Shown in pieces: positions 8,198 to 18,420 of a stretch of 61,851 nucleotides of DNA. Source of the stretch: Oscillospiraceae bacterium. GTDB lineage: Bacteria; Bacillota; Clostridia; Oscillospirales; CAG-272. The stretch lies in NCBI GenBank assembly GCA_015064005.1, contig SVTA01000001.1:1-61851 (forward strand), given 5' to 3'. Position 1 is the first letter of the stretch; the number at the start of each line of letters is the position of its first letter. The notes under the pieces were generated by a model. It saw only the letters and a list, made by a program, of their open reading frames with translations. It was not told where the DNA came from and did not search any database. The position numbers and the translations under genes were made by a program.

Positions 8198-10234
8198 TTA
8201 TTCCTCGACGGGAGCTTCCTCAACGGCCTCCTCGGGCATTGCAGCCTCAGCGGCAGCAACCTCCTCAAGCAGGGCGCGGATGGAAAGGCTGACCTTCTGC
8301 TTCTCGTTGTCGATCTCGATGATCTTGGCGTCAACAGACTGGCCAATCTCCAGCACGTCGGCAGGCTTGCCGATGCGAGTCATAGCGATCTGGGAGATGT
8401 GAATGAGGCCGTCCACGCCGTCGATGATCTCGGCAAATGCACCGAAGGGCATCATGCTGACGATCTTAACGGGAACCACGTCACCCACCTGGCACTTGCC
8501 GGTGAAGATCACCCAAGGATTGGTCTCCTCGGTCTTGTAGCCGAGAGAAATGCGCTTCTTCTCTGCGTCAAAGGACTTGACGTAGACAGTGATGGTCTCG
8601 CCAACGGAAACCACCTCAGCGGGAGACTTGATGTGCTTCCAGGAAAGCTCGGTGGTGTGAACCATACCGTCCACGCCGCCCAGATCCACGAATGCACCGT
8701 AGCTGGTCATGCTCTTCACAACACCGGTGTAAACCTTGCCCTCCTCGATGGAAGCCCAGAAGGCCTCCTCAGCAGCACGGCGCTCCTCACGAAGCACGGC
8801 ACGGATGGAGCCGATCGCCTTGTGGCCGGGCTCCTTGATCTCGATCACCTTAAACTTCACGGTGGTGCCCTTCAGGGGAGTGAGGTCGCCATCCTTCGGC
8901 ACGCCGGACTGGGATGCAGGAATGAACACGCGGTTGCCGTAAACGAATACGATCACGCCGCCCTTTACCACGTCGGCAACGGGAGCCTCAAGGATCTCGT
9001 TTGCCTCCTTGGCAGCAACAACCTTTTCCCAGTTCTTGCTGGAGTCCACGCGGCGCTTATCCAGCTCCGCCATACCCTCCACGTCACTGACGCGGATCAC
9101 CTTGGCCTCAACGGTATCACCAACGTGATACTGCTCGGTCAGCTTTACAGAAGGATCGTCAGATACGCGCTCGGCCTTGATGTAGCCGGTTACGCCAGTA
9201 CCGAGGTCAAGCTGCAGCTCAGTATCGGACACGTGGGTCACAGTACCGGTAACGATTTCTCCTGTATTTAAAGTCTTGATGGTAGAGCCATCAAGCAATT
9301 CTGCAAAGTTTTCCATTTCGCTCATTGTTTTATGTACCTCCTCAATGATTTCCGAGGGGGTCGATGCCCCCGCGGCGATACCCACTTTGCGATGGGTCAA
9401 TGAAAACGTTCTGAGATCGGGCAGATCAGTGGTGTCGGTGATGCGGAGTGTATCGGGGCAATGTGCGCGGCAGATCTCGAAAAGCTTTGTGGTATTGGAG
9501 CTTTCCAGCCCGCCGATCACGATCATCCCGTCACACTCAAGGGCCAGCGACGCCGCCTCTGTCTGACGCAGATCCGTAACATTACATATTGTATCAAAAA
9601 TTAACGCGTTTGTACAGACCTTTTGCAAAATTTTTTGAGATTTTTTCCATTCCGTTAATTTTTGCGTGGTTTGTGCCACCATTACGGGCACTTTTGACGA
9701 AAATTTGGCCGCAAGTCCCCCCGTAAGTGCCGCCTCAAAGGCCTCCGCATCGGGAAAAGCATATTTTTCTCCGGAAAAGCAGCTCATAAAACCGGCTACC
9801 TCCGGGTGGCTCTCGTTGCCGATGGCAATAAAAATATGAGCGTCAGCATCCCGCTCGCTCACCTCACGGGCAATGCGGTGGATGCGGGTGACGAAGGGAC
9901 AGGTGCAATCCTCATAGTGAAAATCGGGATATGCCGTGGCCAACTGCTGCAGCAGCTCCTCCACCGCAAGCGGAATACCGTGAGCGCGAATGAACACGGT
10001 AACGGGGCTTGCCGCCGAGGCCTCAGCGGCAAGCGTGGGCAGCGCCTCCTCCGGCACGCAGGTCACGCCCTGCTCCTCCAGCATCCGATTGTATTGCTCG
10101 TTATGGATGAGGTGCCCAAGGGTGTAAATGTGTTCACCCGGACGCCGATCGCGGATGCGGGCAGCGAGCCGATCGGTGGCGGCACGAACACCGGGGCAAA
10201 AGCCGGCGTTTTCAGCAATGACGATCTCGCTCAT
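8198..10234 (-). CDS. ispH: bifunctional 4-hydroxy-3-methylbut-2-enyl diphosphate reductase / ribosomal protein S1 fusion
   Basis: The N-terminal ~280 aa are IspH/LytB (AGFCPGV, conserved Cys residues). The C-terminal ~390 aa are four S1 OB repeats. This fusion is common in Clostridia. Confidence 0.9.
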   Translation of the reverse strand: MSEIVIAENAGFCPGVRAATDRLAARIRDRRPGEHIYTLGHLIHNEQYNRMLEEQGVTCVPEEALPTLAAEASAASPVTVFIRAHGIPLAVEELLQQLATAYPDFHYEDCTCPFVTRIHRIAREVSERDADAHIFIAIGNESHPEVAGFMSCFSGEKYAFPDAEAFEAALTGGLAAKFSSKVPVMVAQTTQKLTEWKKSQKILQKVCTNALIFDTICNVTDLRQTEAASLALECDGMIVIGGLESSNTTKLFEICRAHCPDTLRITDTTDLPDLRTFSLTHRKVGIAAGASTPSEIIEEVHKTMSEMENFAELLDGSTIKTLNTGEIVTGTVTHVSDTELQLDLGTGVTGYIKAERVSDDPSVKLTEQYHVGDTVEAKVIRVSDVEGMAELDKRRVDSSKNWEKVVAAKEANEILEAPVADVVKGGVIVFVYGNRVFIPASQSGVPKDGDLTPLKGTTVKFKVIEIKEPGHKAIGSIRAVLREERRAAEEAFWASIEEGKVYTGVVKSMTSYGAFVDLGGVDGMVHTTELSWKHIKSPAEVVSVGETITVYVKSFDAEKKRISLGYKTEETNPWVIFTGKCQVGDVVPVKIVSMMPFGAFAEIIDGVDGLIHISQIAMTRIGKPADVLEIGQSVDAKIIEIDNEKQKVSLSIRALLEEVAAAEAAMPEEAVEEAPVEE

Positions 10235-10851
10235 TTCGCATCCTCGCCAAGGCGACAGATTTCCTCGTAAATTTCAGCGGCGATGCGGGCGTATTCGCCG
10301 GGGCGCTCGCTGTCATAGCCAAACCGTTCAAAAGGAATCGGCTCCCCGATTACCACGGTAACGGGGCGGAAAAAGCGCCAACGGTAGTTCTTCATTTTGA
10401 TATGCACCGGCAGAATGGTAGCGCCCGCGTGGGCGGCTACCATAGCGGCACCGTACTTCACCTTACAGTCGCGGGGATCACGATCGGGACAGCGGGTGCC
10501 CTGAGGAAACATGCCCACGCTATAGCCATCCTCCAGCAGCTTGATGGTTCTCTTTACCGCGCCCACGTCGCTTTTGCCGCGGGAAACGGGGTACGCGCCA
10601 AGCCAACGCACCAGCCGACCGATGAAAAACACGCGGAAAAGCTCTGCCTTGGCCATAAAATGAGGCTGCTGACGGCGAGTGGCGGCGCAGATGAACACGG
10701 CGTCCAGCACCGTCTGGTGATTGGCGCAAACGAGATAAGGGCCATCCTTCCGCTTCGGCTCGTTTTTGGCACCGCGCACACGGATAAGAAACAGCAAACG
10801 CACCGGCCAGACGAACAAAAAGTGCAAAACGGTATAGAAAACACTCTTCAT
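10231..10851 (-). CDS. plsC: 1-acyl-sn-glycerol-3-phosphate acyltransferase
   Basis: NHQTVLD (HX4D) and FPQGTR motifs. ATGA overlaps on both sides. Confidence 0.85.
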   Translation of the reverse strand: MKSVFYTVLHFLFVWPVRLLFLIRVRGAKNEPKRKDGPYLVCANHQTVLDAVFICAATRRQQPHFMAKAELFRVFFIGRLVRWLGAYPVSRGKSDVGAVKRTIKLLEDGYSVGMFPQGTRCPDRDPRDCKVKYGAAMVAAHAGATILPVHIKMKNYRWRFFRPVTVVIGEPIPFERFGYDSERPGEYARIAAEIYEEICRLGEDAK

Positions 10852-11525
10852 TGGCCACTCTCCTCCTGCTTTTTCCGCAGCAGGGCAATGATGGCCTCGG
10901 CGCTTTCCTCCACGGTCATATCCGAATTATCCAGCAGCGTGGCATCGGGAGCCGCCACGGCAGGTGCCACGGTACGGTTACGGTCGTTGTCGTCACGCTC
11001 GATCATTTCCCGCAGCACGTCCTCATAGCGGGCAGGCATGCCCTTCGCCTCCAATTCCTTGGTACGGCGCAGGGCTCTCGCCTCGTTGGAGGCGAACAGG
11101 AACACCTTCACGTCGGCGTGGGGTAAAATCACCGTGCCGATATCGCGGCCGTCCATGATAACGCTGTTCTTTTTGGCAATGTCCCGCTGGGTATCCAGCA
11201 AAAAGGCGCGCACCTCCGGCACGGCGGAAACCGCGGAGGCGTACATGGAGATCTCCGGCTCCCGGATGCGGTCACCAAGATCCTCACCGTTCAAATACAC
11301 GTGCTGCGCGCCGTTTTCAAAGCGCACCTCAATGGAAATATGCGGAAGGCAAGAGATGATACCCTCAACGTCGGTGCGGGCAATGCCCTTGCCTCTCACA
11401 AAATAGCCAATGGTACGATACAGCGCGCCCGTATCCACATAAACGATGCCGAGGCGTGCCGCGATCAGCTTGGCAACGCTGCTTTTTCCCGCCCCGCTGG
11501 GGCCGTCAATGGCGATCTGAAACAT
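10848..11525 (-). CDS. cmk: cytidylate kinase
   Basis: IAIDGPSGAGKSS P-loop and overall Cmk pattern. ATG 11525 is preferred over TTG 11528. Confidence 0.9.
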   Translation of the reverse strand: MFQIAIDGPSGAGKSSVAKLIAARLGIVYVDTGALYRTIGYFVRGKGIARTDVEGIISCLPHISIEVRFENGAQHVYLNGEDLGDRIREPEISMYASAVSAVPEVRAFLLDTQRDIAKKNSVIMDGRDIGTVILPHADVKVFLFASNEARALRRTKELEAKGMPARYEDVLREMIERDDNDRNRTVAPAVAAPDATLLDNSDMTVEESAEAIIALLRKKQEESGQ

Positions 11526-11550
11526 CAAAATTCTCCTTTCGGTAGCTGGC

Positions 11551-12849
11551 TTAAGTTTTCAGCTTCGCCAAGGCGTGCTGAATGATGAAATTGCCGTAGC
11601 ATTCCGTAGCCCACTGCAGGCTCTCGGCAGAATGCTCCTCGTACCAGCGCAGCGGATTATGCTCCGCCACCAGCGTGGGAATGCCGAAGGTGTTCCAGCA
11701 GTAGCCTTGCAAAAATCCGTTGCTCTTATGGTACTTGCCGGGAATCAGACTGAGGTCGGGCTCACCCGTCTCCCTGCCCAGGTCCAGAAGACGCTGATGA
11801 ATGTGATTGGCCACCTTGCGGCAAACCGCGGAATTGGCCGCCTGCATGCTGAATTGATAATACAGCGGCGCGGAGGTCTTGTGGCAGCCGTGGAAATCGA
11901 TCACGGCGGCAACCTCATGCTGATGCTGACCCAATAGCTGCAGCACGTTGACCGTTTCCGCCTGGGTCTGCTCGCCGAAATCGCGGTTGAGATCCACGCC
12001 CGCGCTGTTACGCCGCTCGTGACCGGTGGCGGCCGCGTACACGTTGACAACGGGAATGACGATCAGCCGCACCTTGGTGCGGAGATAGTGCAGTCCGGGG
12101 TGTGTACCGTCCTCCTCGACCAATAGCTGCAGGAAGCGGGTGAGCCCAAAGTAGCCGTCGATCTCGGGGCCGTGCAGGCAGGCAGTGATGAACAGCGTCT
12201 GCTCAAAGCCCTCGGGAGCGAAGGTGTATTGCCACATATCATAGGTGCCCGTCTGGTCCTTGCCGATCCGACTGCGGGTAATATAGGTGGGATATTTTTG
12301 ACGAAGCGGCTCGTAAAGATGCGCGTAAAGCTCATCCGCCGACCATTGCCAATCACCAAAGCTGCCCGCGCCGCCGCGCAGGTGCCCTGCAGGCGCAGGG
12401 GTCAGCCAGCAATCATCGGTATCCTCGCCAATATAGACGGGGTTTTCGCCGATAAAGAACGGCTTTTCCTCACCGGTGTAGATCACAAGATACTGATCCT
12501 TCTTGGTGGGCGCGCAGAGGAAATCCACGTTCCCCTCCCCAGGCTCACCGCCAAAATATGGCAGATGATGGTTACGCACCGCTTCTCCGTATTCGCCATT
12601 TTCAAGCGTGCGAGGATCAAAATTGCACAAGGCAACGCGCAGCGCAGCGGGCTTTGCGTCAAATCGAACGACGTAAAGACTGCGGCAACCGCGAAGCGGC
12701 AAAACAAAGCTGCCGTACGCACGCTCCGCACCCCCGTTTTTCACCAGCACGTCGTCTTCTGCGCCGCTCACGGGACAAATGCCCTTCACAAAAAACGCCT
12801 GATCGGATATATCGCGTTCCAGAAACAAATGATCGTTGTTGTGCAACAT
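11551..12849 (-). CDS. M14-family zinc carboxypeptidase-like protein with an unknown ~190-aa N-terminal domain
   Basis: ATG 12849 follows GGGAGG. HGPE (HxxE), NRDF and DFHG motifs are in the order expected for M14 peptidases. Confidence 0.7.
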   Translation of the reverse strand: MLHNNDHLFLERDISDQAFFVKGICPVSGAEDDVLVKNGGAERAYGSFVLPLRGCRSLYVVRFDAKPAALRVALCNFDPRTLENGEYGEAVRNHHLPYFGGEPGEGNVDFLCAPTKKDQYLVIYTGEEKPFFIGENPVYIGEDTDDCWLTPAPAGHLRGGAGSFGDWQWSADELYAHLYEPLRQKYPTYITRSRIGKDQTGTYDMWQYTFAPEGFEQTLFITACLHGPEIDGYFGLTRFLQLLVEEDGTHPGLHYLRTKVRLIVIPVVNVYAAATGHERRNSAGVDLNRDFGEQTQAETVNVLQLLGQHQHEVAAVIDFHGCHKTSAPLYYQFSMQAANSAVCRKVANHIHQRLLDLGRETGEPDLSLIPGKYHKSNGFLQGYCWNTFGIPTLVAEHNPLRWYEEHSAESLQWATECYGNFIIQHALAKLKT

Positions 12850-12870
12850 GTTGCCTCCCTGCAATTTTTA

Positions 12871-14127
12871 TTATTCAACGCCCATGGCTGCGCTTTCTCC
12901 GGCCAATACCGCCGTAGAGAAGGCGATCTGCAGGTTGAAGCCGCCGGTGTAAGCATCCAGATCCAGTACCTCACCGGCAAAATACAGACCGTGAACCTTT
13001 TTGGAGGCCATGGTGCGCGGAGAGACCTCCTTCAGCGCCACGCCGCCCTTGGTGATGATGGCCTCCTCAATGGGACGGAAGCCCTTGATCCTGATGGGCA
13101 GCGCCTTCAGCAGCTGCAGCAGGCGGTGACGCTCCTCCTTGGTGACGGCGTTCACCTTTTTGCGGCCATCAATGCCGGATAGCCGCACCAGCGGCTCGAT
13201 CAGCTTTTGCGGCAGCAGGTCAGAAAGCGCGTTTTGAAAATCCTTGTTCTTGTATTTTTCAAAATCGGAAAGCAGCCGCGCATCCAGCGTTTTTTCGTCC
13301 AGCGCGGGCTTTAAATCTATTAAAATCTCGTACCGTTCCGGGGTCAAATCCACAAGATGGGCAGAAGCGGACAGCACCAGCGGACCTGTCAGACCAAAAT
13401 GAGTAAAGAGCATTTCGCCCTGCTCCTCAAACACGGTCTTGCCTCTTTGGAGATCTCGCGCCGAAAGCTTTACGTTTCGCAGCGACAATCCCTGTACCGA
13501 GGCCGAGAAGCTTCCCGCCTCTACCAAAGGTACAAGGGAGGGGGTAGGCGGAACCACCGTATGCCCCACCGCCTCGGCAAAGGCGTAGCCGTCGCCGGTG
13601 GAACCGGTGAGGGGATAGGATTTTCCACCGGTTGCCACGATAACGGTATGGAAAAACGCCTCTTTTCCATGGCAGACGACGCCCCGAACGACGCCCTCCT
13701 CAAGAAGCAGGCGCTCTACTCTGCCGGTGACGGTCGTCACACCAAGGCGACGGCATTCCCGCACCAGCGCATCCACCACGTCGGTGGCCTTGTCGGACAC
13801 CGGGAACACCCGATTGCCCCGCTCCACCTTCAGCGGCACGCCCAGCTCCTCGAAAAACGCCTCGGCATCCGCGGAGGAAAAGCGATCCCACGCGGAAAAA
13901 AGGAAGCGGGCGTTGGCGGGGATATTGGCGAAAAACTCATCCCGTGTGCAATGGTTGGTAACGTTGCAGCGCCCCTTTCCGGTGATGCGGAGCTTTCTGC
14001 CGCAACGCTCGTTGCGTTCAAAAATGGTAACGGCGGCGCCCATCCTTGCCGCGTGGATCGCGGCAACCAGCCCTGCCGCACCGCCGCCGATGACGGCAAC
14101 GGTGGTTGTCATATGTTCGTTCATCAT
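12871..14127 (-). CDS. NAD(P)/FAD-dependent oxidoreductase (HI0933/BaiN-like flavoprotein)
   Basis: VAVIGGGAAGL dinucleotide fold, C-terminal GLYFAGEVLDLDAYTGGFNLQIAFST signature. Confidence 0.85.
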   Translation of the reverse strand: MMNEHMTTTVAVIGGGAAGLVAAIHAARMGAAVTIFERNERCGRKLRITGKGRCNVTNHCTRDEFFANIPANARFLFSAWDRFSSADAEAFFEELGVPLKVERGNRVFPVSDKATDVVDALVRECRRLGVTTVTGRVERLLLEEGVVRGVVCHGKEAFFHTVIVATGGKSYPLTGSTGDGYAFAEAVGHTVVPPTPSLVPLVEAGSFSASVQGLSLRNVKLSARDLQRGKTVFEEQGEMLFTHFGLTGPLVLSASAHLVDLTPERYEILIDLKPALDEKTLDARLLSDFEKYKNKDFQNALSDLLPQKLIEPLVRLSGIDGRKKVNAVTKEERHRLLQLLKALPIRIKGFRPIEEAIITKGGVALKEVSPRTMASKKVHGLYFAGEVLDLDAYTGGFNLQIAFSTAVLAGESAAMGVE

Positions 14128-14984
14128 CCGTTTTTATCGTATACGTCATATTCGTCCCAAATGCTTTCCAGCCGCCGCAGGCGCTCTGCCACCTCGCTGT
14201 GCCGACGCATGGAAACGGCGGCCACCATGGCGTTGATGATGCTGAGCGGTGCCACCAGCGAGTCCACAAAGGAGGCCATATCGCTGCGGGCAGTGAGCAG
14301 CTGATCGCTGAAGGGGGCAAGCGGCGAAGCGGCGCTGTCGGAGATCGACACCACTCCCGCTCCCGCCCGATGGGCAAACTCTACAGCGCGCACGGTGCGC
14401 TTGCTGTAACGGGGAAAGCTGATAGCGATCAGCACGTCCTCGGGTCCGACGTTGAGGATCTGCTCAAAGATCTCGGTGCCGGAGGTGCCCTCCACCGCCC
14501 GCACGTTATCAAAGATCATGCGCAGGTTGAAGGTGAGGAAGTCCGCCAGCGCCGCCGAGGAGCGGATGCCGAGGATGTAAATGTTTTTGGCGGAAACGAT
14601 GCGCTCCACCGCATCATAAAAGGCGGGACGATCAATGCCGTCCAGGGTCTGGCGGATCTTGTCCGCGTCGCCCAGCAGCACCTTGTCAAGGATGTTGTCC
14701 TTATCAAGCAGGCTGTCAGCGACCTCCACACGCTGGGCGGCGGTCAGCTGAGTTCTGGCCATCTCCTGCAGGGCGCGCTGCATCTCAGGATAGCCGCTGA
14801 AGCCCAGCTCGTCCGCAAAGCGAACCACCGTGGACTCCGAAACCTTTACCACGGCGCCCAGCTTTGCCGCGGTCATATAGGCAGCGCGATCGTAATGATC
14901 CACGATATATTGCGCGATGAGGCGCTGGCCCTTGGAAAACTCCGGCATGCGCGTCATCATCGTTTGTAATAGATTCTGTTTCAT
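14124..14984 (-). CDS. MurR/RpiR family transcriptional regulator (HTH + SIS domain)
   Basis: ATG 14984. An N-terminal HTH_6-like segment (SKGQRLIAQYIVDHY...) is followed by a SIS domain. Confidence 0.85.
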   Translation of the reverse strand: MKQNLLQTMMTRMPEFSKGQRLIAQYIVDHYDRAAYMTAAKLGAVVKVSESTVVRFADELGFSGYPEMQRALQEMARTQLTAAQRVEVADSLLDKDNILDKVLLGDADKIRQTLDGIDRPAFYDAVERIVSAKNIYILGIRSSAALADFLTFNLRMIFDNVRAVEGTSGTEIFEQILNVGPEDVLIAISFPRYSKRTVRAVEFAHRAGAGVVSISDSAASPLAPFSDQLLTARSDMASFVDSLVAPLSIINAMVAAVSMRRHSEVAERLRRLESIWDEYDVYDKNG

Positions 14985-15098
14985 GTTTCTACACTCCACG
15001 CAAAAAATGGGGTTTCTAAATGTTTATTATACATCTAATTTATATAATTGTCAAGGGCTTCTCGGCATGCCGTTTTTGATATTTTTTGCCGTCGAGGG

Positions 15099-15127
15099 TT
15101 GCATTTTGTTGCGTTTTCGGGTATAAT
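15099..15127 (+). promoter_or_regulatory. promoter of the 15157 acyltransferase gene
   Basis: TTGCAT-N17-TATAAT. Confidence 0.5.
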
Positions 15128-15156
15128 GTCAAAGTAAACTCTACAAGGAGCGTTCT

Positions 15157-16449
15157 ATGGAAGTCAATTACAAGAATAAAAAAAGCTATCGCACGGCCAA
15201 ATATCCGCTGCGGCAGCCGTGGTACCTCACGTGGCTGATCTGGATCCTATCAAGGATCATGCTGACAGGCAAGCAAAAAAAGATCGAAAAGATCGGCATG
15301 GAGGGTCTGAAGCCCCCATACCTCCTTTTCAGCAATCACATGTCCTTCATTGATTTTGAGCTGGTAGCGCTGGCCACTCACCCGCACAAGGTCAACAACG
15401 TGGTGAATATTGACGGCTACTATCGCCGTCCGTGGCTGCTGACATGGATCGGCGCCATCTGCACCCGTAAATTCACCACCGATATGCACCTGGTGAAGTC
15501 CATCAAGCGGGTCATTGAGCGGGGCGACATCCTTTGCATGTACCCGGAGGCACGCTACTCTCCCTGCGGCACCACCTCCTTTATGCCTGAAACGCTGGGC
15601 ATGCTGGTGCGTCGCTGCGGGGTGCCGGTGGTGATCGCCGTGCATCACGGTAATTACCTCCACGCCCCCTTCTGGTGCTTCCGCAAAAAGCGCCGCGTAC
15701 CGCTCCACACCACCTTTACCAAGATCCTCACTGCAGAGGAGGCAAGCACCCTTCCTGTAGAGGAGATCAACCGCCGTATCCGCGAGGCGATGCAGTACGA
15801 CGAGTACCGCTATCAGCGAGAAACCGACATCCGCATCACCGAGCCGTTCCGTGCCGAGGGACTACACAAGATCCTATATCAATGCCCTGCCTGCGGCACC
15901 GAGCATCAAATGGCCTCAGAGGGCACGGCGCTCTTCTGCACCGCCTGCGGCAAGCGCTGGATCCTCGGGGAGGACGGTGTGCTTTCCGCCACCGAGGGCG
16001 TGACCGAATTTCCCCACGTACCGGATTGGTTTGAGTGGGAGCGGGGGCAGGTACGTGCCCAGATCGAGAACGGAACATACGCGTTTTCCGACACCGTTGA
16101 CGTACATTCTCTGCCAAGATGCTGGAAATTTGAAGCGCTCGGCACCGCCACACTCACTCACGATGCCCAAAACGGCTTCGTGCTGGAGGGGCACTATCGC
16201 GGCAAGGATTACCGCATCCAGCGCCTGCCCCTGGAAACCAACAGCCTCCACGTGGAATATGATTTTCCCCACGTGAAGCCTTTTGACTGCCTGGATCTCT
16301 CTACGCCAAACGATTCCTTCTATTGCTTCCCCACAAAGCAAAATGTGGTCACAAAGCTCTCCCTTGCCACAGAGGAGATTTACAAAATACACGAGGAAAA
16401 GCGCCTGGCCGCACGCGCCGCGCGAAGCGCCGCCAAAGACGCCGTATAA
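15157..16449 (+). CDS. lysophospholipid acyltransferase-family protein with internal CxxC...CxxC zinc ribbon
   Basis: AAGGAG RBS. SNHMSFIDFE (HX4D), YPEARYS, and CPACGTEH...CTACGKRW. Confidence 0.75.
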   Translation: MEVNYKNKKSYRTAKYPLRQPWYLTWLIWILSRIMLTGKQKKIEKIGMEGLKPPYLLFSNHMSFIDFELVALATHPHKVNNVVNIDGYYRRPWLLTWIGAICTRKFTTDMHLVKSIKRVIERGDILCMYPEARYSPCGTTSFMPETLGMLVRRCGVPVVIAVHHGNYLHAPFWCFRKKRRVPLHTTFTKILTAEEASTLPVEEINRRIREAMQYDEYRYQRETDIRITEPFRAEGLHKILYQCPACGTEHQMASEGTALFCTACGKRWILGEDGVLSATEGVTEFPHVPDWFEWERGQVRAQIENGTYAFSDTVDVHSLPRCWKFEALGTATLTHDAQNGFVLEGHYRGKDYRIQRLPLETNSLHVEYDFPHVKPFDCLDLSTPNDSFYCFPTKQNVVTKLSLATEEIYKIHEEKRLAARAARSAAKDAV

Positions 16450-16512
16450 AAAAGCCGCCCTACGCGGTGCTTGCGGTAGAGCAGTATGAAATTGAAAATA
16501 CCTACCGACAGG

Positions 16513-16551
16513 AAAAGGACGAGAAATTGCTGAAATTTCTCGTCCTTTTTT
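16513..16551 (+). terminator. rho-independent terminator
   Basis: AAAAGGACGAGAAATT-gctg-AAATTTCTCGTCCTTTTTT. Confidence 0.85.
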
Positions 16552-16597
16552 CTTGACAAGCACTGCTTCTGTGTCCACAGAAGCTATTTCGATTTTG

Positions 16598-16807
16598 TCG
16601 ATATGCCGTCGCTTTGCTCGGCTCGATATATTTGCCTTGCAGCAAATTCGATATGTTTTCGCTATGCTCAAACTCGATATGATATAAATCCGCGCTCACG
16701 CAGTGAGCATATCGAGTGCGACAGCACATATCAAACGCGTTAGCGTATATCGAAAATCCGCATTAGCGGATTTATATCGATGCGTACCTGCTCTATGGCA
16801 GGTACGC
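16598..16807. repeat. array of eight TCGATAT/ATATCGA heptamers (4 forward, 4 reverse) separating short unrelated hairpins
   Basis: Forward copies start at 16598, 16623, 16648 and 16674. Reverse copies start at 16709, 16728 (ATATCAA variant), 16747 and 16774. Each intervening segment is self-complementary, for example GCTCAC-gca-GTGAGC, AAATCCGC-atta-GCGGATTT and GCGTACCTGC-tctatg-GCAGGTACGC. Confidence 0.7.
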
Positions 16808-16879
16808 TACGGGGCGGCTTTTTTATACTTTTTGAAAATCATTTTTTCTAAAAATCAATACAGTTTGCGGCCTAAATGC

Positions 16880-17827
16880 TCAAAATCCACATTCCTGCTG
16901 AAAATCCGTCAAAGCCTGCACATACCCTTCGGGATCAGTGGGATAGGCGAGGCCGTGACCGGCGCCGCGGATGGGCACCAGCTTCTTCTGGGAACGGCAG
17001 GCCTCAAAAACACGAACACTCATCTCGTAGGGAACGAAGGCATCGACGTCGCCGTGAATCAGAATGAGAGGAATGTCGGTTTTCCGCACCGCCTCCAGCG
17101 GAGAGGTCTCCTCCAGATCAAAGCGGCCGAAAAGACGGGCTGCCAAACGTACGAAGGGATAGAACACTTCCGCGGGCAGGTGCATATCCCGCATTACCTT
17201 GCAGATGATCTCCCGGGGGGAGGAATAGCCGCAATCGGCCAGCACGCAGACCACATTGGGTGGCAGCGGCTCGCTCATGGCCATCATCACCGTGGCGGCG
17301 CCCATGGAAACACCGGTGAGGATCAGCTTGACCTCCGGCCCGAAGCGCTGCAGAGCATATTGCACCCACGCAAGGCAATCGCGGCGCTCTCGAATACCGA
17401 AGGTGGTCACGTGGCCATCGCTGCGGCCACCGGCGCGGTGGTCGATGAGAATGGCGCTCCGCCCCAGTGAAAAGCACCGGGCCACGCCGCCGCTGAGATC
17501 TCGCTCCGCATTGCCGCGATAGCCGTGAAACAGCAGCTCTACCGGGGCACCGGGGGCGTATTCGTAGTAGCGACCGCGCAGCGTGAGCCCGTCAAAGGAG
17601 GTGATCTCCACATCCTCTCTCGGCATTTCGCGAATCATTTTCGTCCAGGCAACGATTCCCTCCCGGTAGGGCTCGTAGATCTCCCCATCGGGAATCTCGT
17701 AGGCATCGGGATCTTCAGGGTCGCGACCGGGCACGTAAAACACCTTAAAAAAGCAATACACCGTGATGCCAAGCGGCACAAGCAGCAGCACCAGCGCCAC
17801 GGAAAGCCAAAGCCAGAAATACATCAT
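16880..17827 (-). CDS. alpha/beta hydrolase with N-terminal membrane anchor
   Basis: GVSMGA nucleophile elbow, downstream D and H residues, N-terminal TM helix. Confidence 0.85.
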   Translation of the reverse strand: MMYFWLWLSVALVLLLVPLGITVYCFFKVFYVPGRDPEDPDAYEIPDGEIYEPYREGIVAWTKMIREMPREDVEITSFDGLTLRGRYYEYAPGAPVELLFHGYRGNAERDLSGGVARCFSLGRSAILIDHRAGGRSDGHVTTFGIRERRDCLAWVQYALQRFGPEVKLILTGVSMGAATVMMAMSEPLPPNVVCVLADCGYSSPREIICKVMRDMHLPAEVFYPFVRLAARLFGRFDLEETSPLEAVRKTDIPLILIHGDVDAFVPYEMSVRVFEACRSQKKLVPIRGAGHGLAYPTDPEGYVQALTDFQQECGF

Positions 17828-18237
17828 TCCTCCATCAGCTTCTTCAGGAATGCGTTTTCATCACGGGAGATGGTCTCGTCGCAGGCCGCCACGCAGGCGA
17901 TCAGCATGATCAGCGGCGCGCGCTGCTCGATGGGCAGATAATCCACCAGATGATTGACGAACTCCGCCGCCTCTTTACTGTAGCCCGCCACGATGCTCTT
18001 CACCGATTGCATAGGAATATCCAGCAGCTCGCTGACAAAGCACTTTTCCAGGTCAGTCAGATCGCCGTCTGCCCCCAGGGCGGCGGATAAAACGTAATAA
18101 TATACCTTTGCATGCTCGTTGGGATACAGACGACGGATCTCGGGCATCGTCATCCGCAGTGCCTCCTTCGCCATTTCAAGAAGCGTCTCGTAATCCTCGT
18201 TCACCAATTGTTGCATCGTTTCTTCCCAGCTTGCCAT
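17824..18237 (-). CDS. hypothetical protein, possibly TerB-like
   Basis: ATG 18237 follows GGAAGGAGG. ATGA coupling to the hydrolase gene. The helical DGDLTDLEK / ACDETISRDENAFLKKL pattern is reminiscent of TerB; this is weak evidence. Confidence 0.55.
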   Translation of the reverse strand: MASWEETMQQLVNEDYETLLEMAKEALRMTMPEIRRLYPNEHAKVYYYVLSAALGADGDLTDLEKCFVSELLDIPMQSVKSIVAGYSKEAAEFVNHLVDYLPIEQRAPLIMLIACVAACDETISRDENAFLKKLMEE

Positions 18238-18420
18238 AAAAAGCCTCCTTCCGTCGCGCCGCCCGCACCGGGGCACTTGTAATTGCGTTATATTTTAGCA
18301 CAGCCCTGCCGCCTTGTCAACGGTTTTTGGGACTCGCGGCAAAAAAATTCGTTTTTTTATCAGGCAAAATGCCAATTCCGGCCATGAAAGGTACAAAATC
18401 GTGTTTTTTTTAAAAACCGC

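Noticed and set aside
16598-16807. Possible CRISPR array
   Set aside because: The repeated unit is only 7 bp and occurs in both orientations. The spacers are 12-28 nt and self-complementary. No cas genes are present. It is reported as an unexplained repeat instead.
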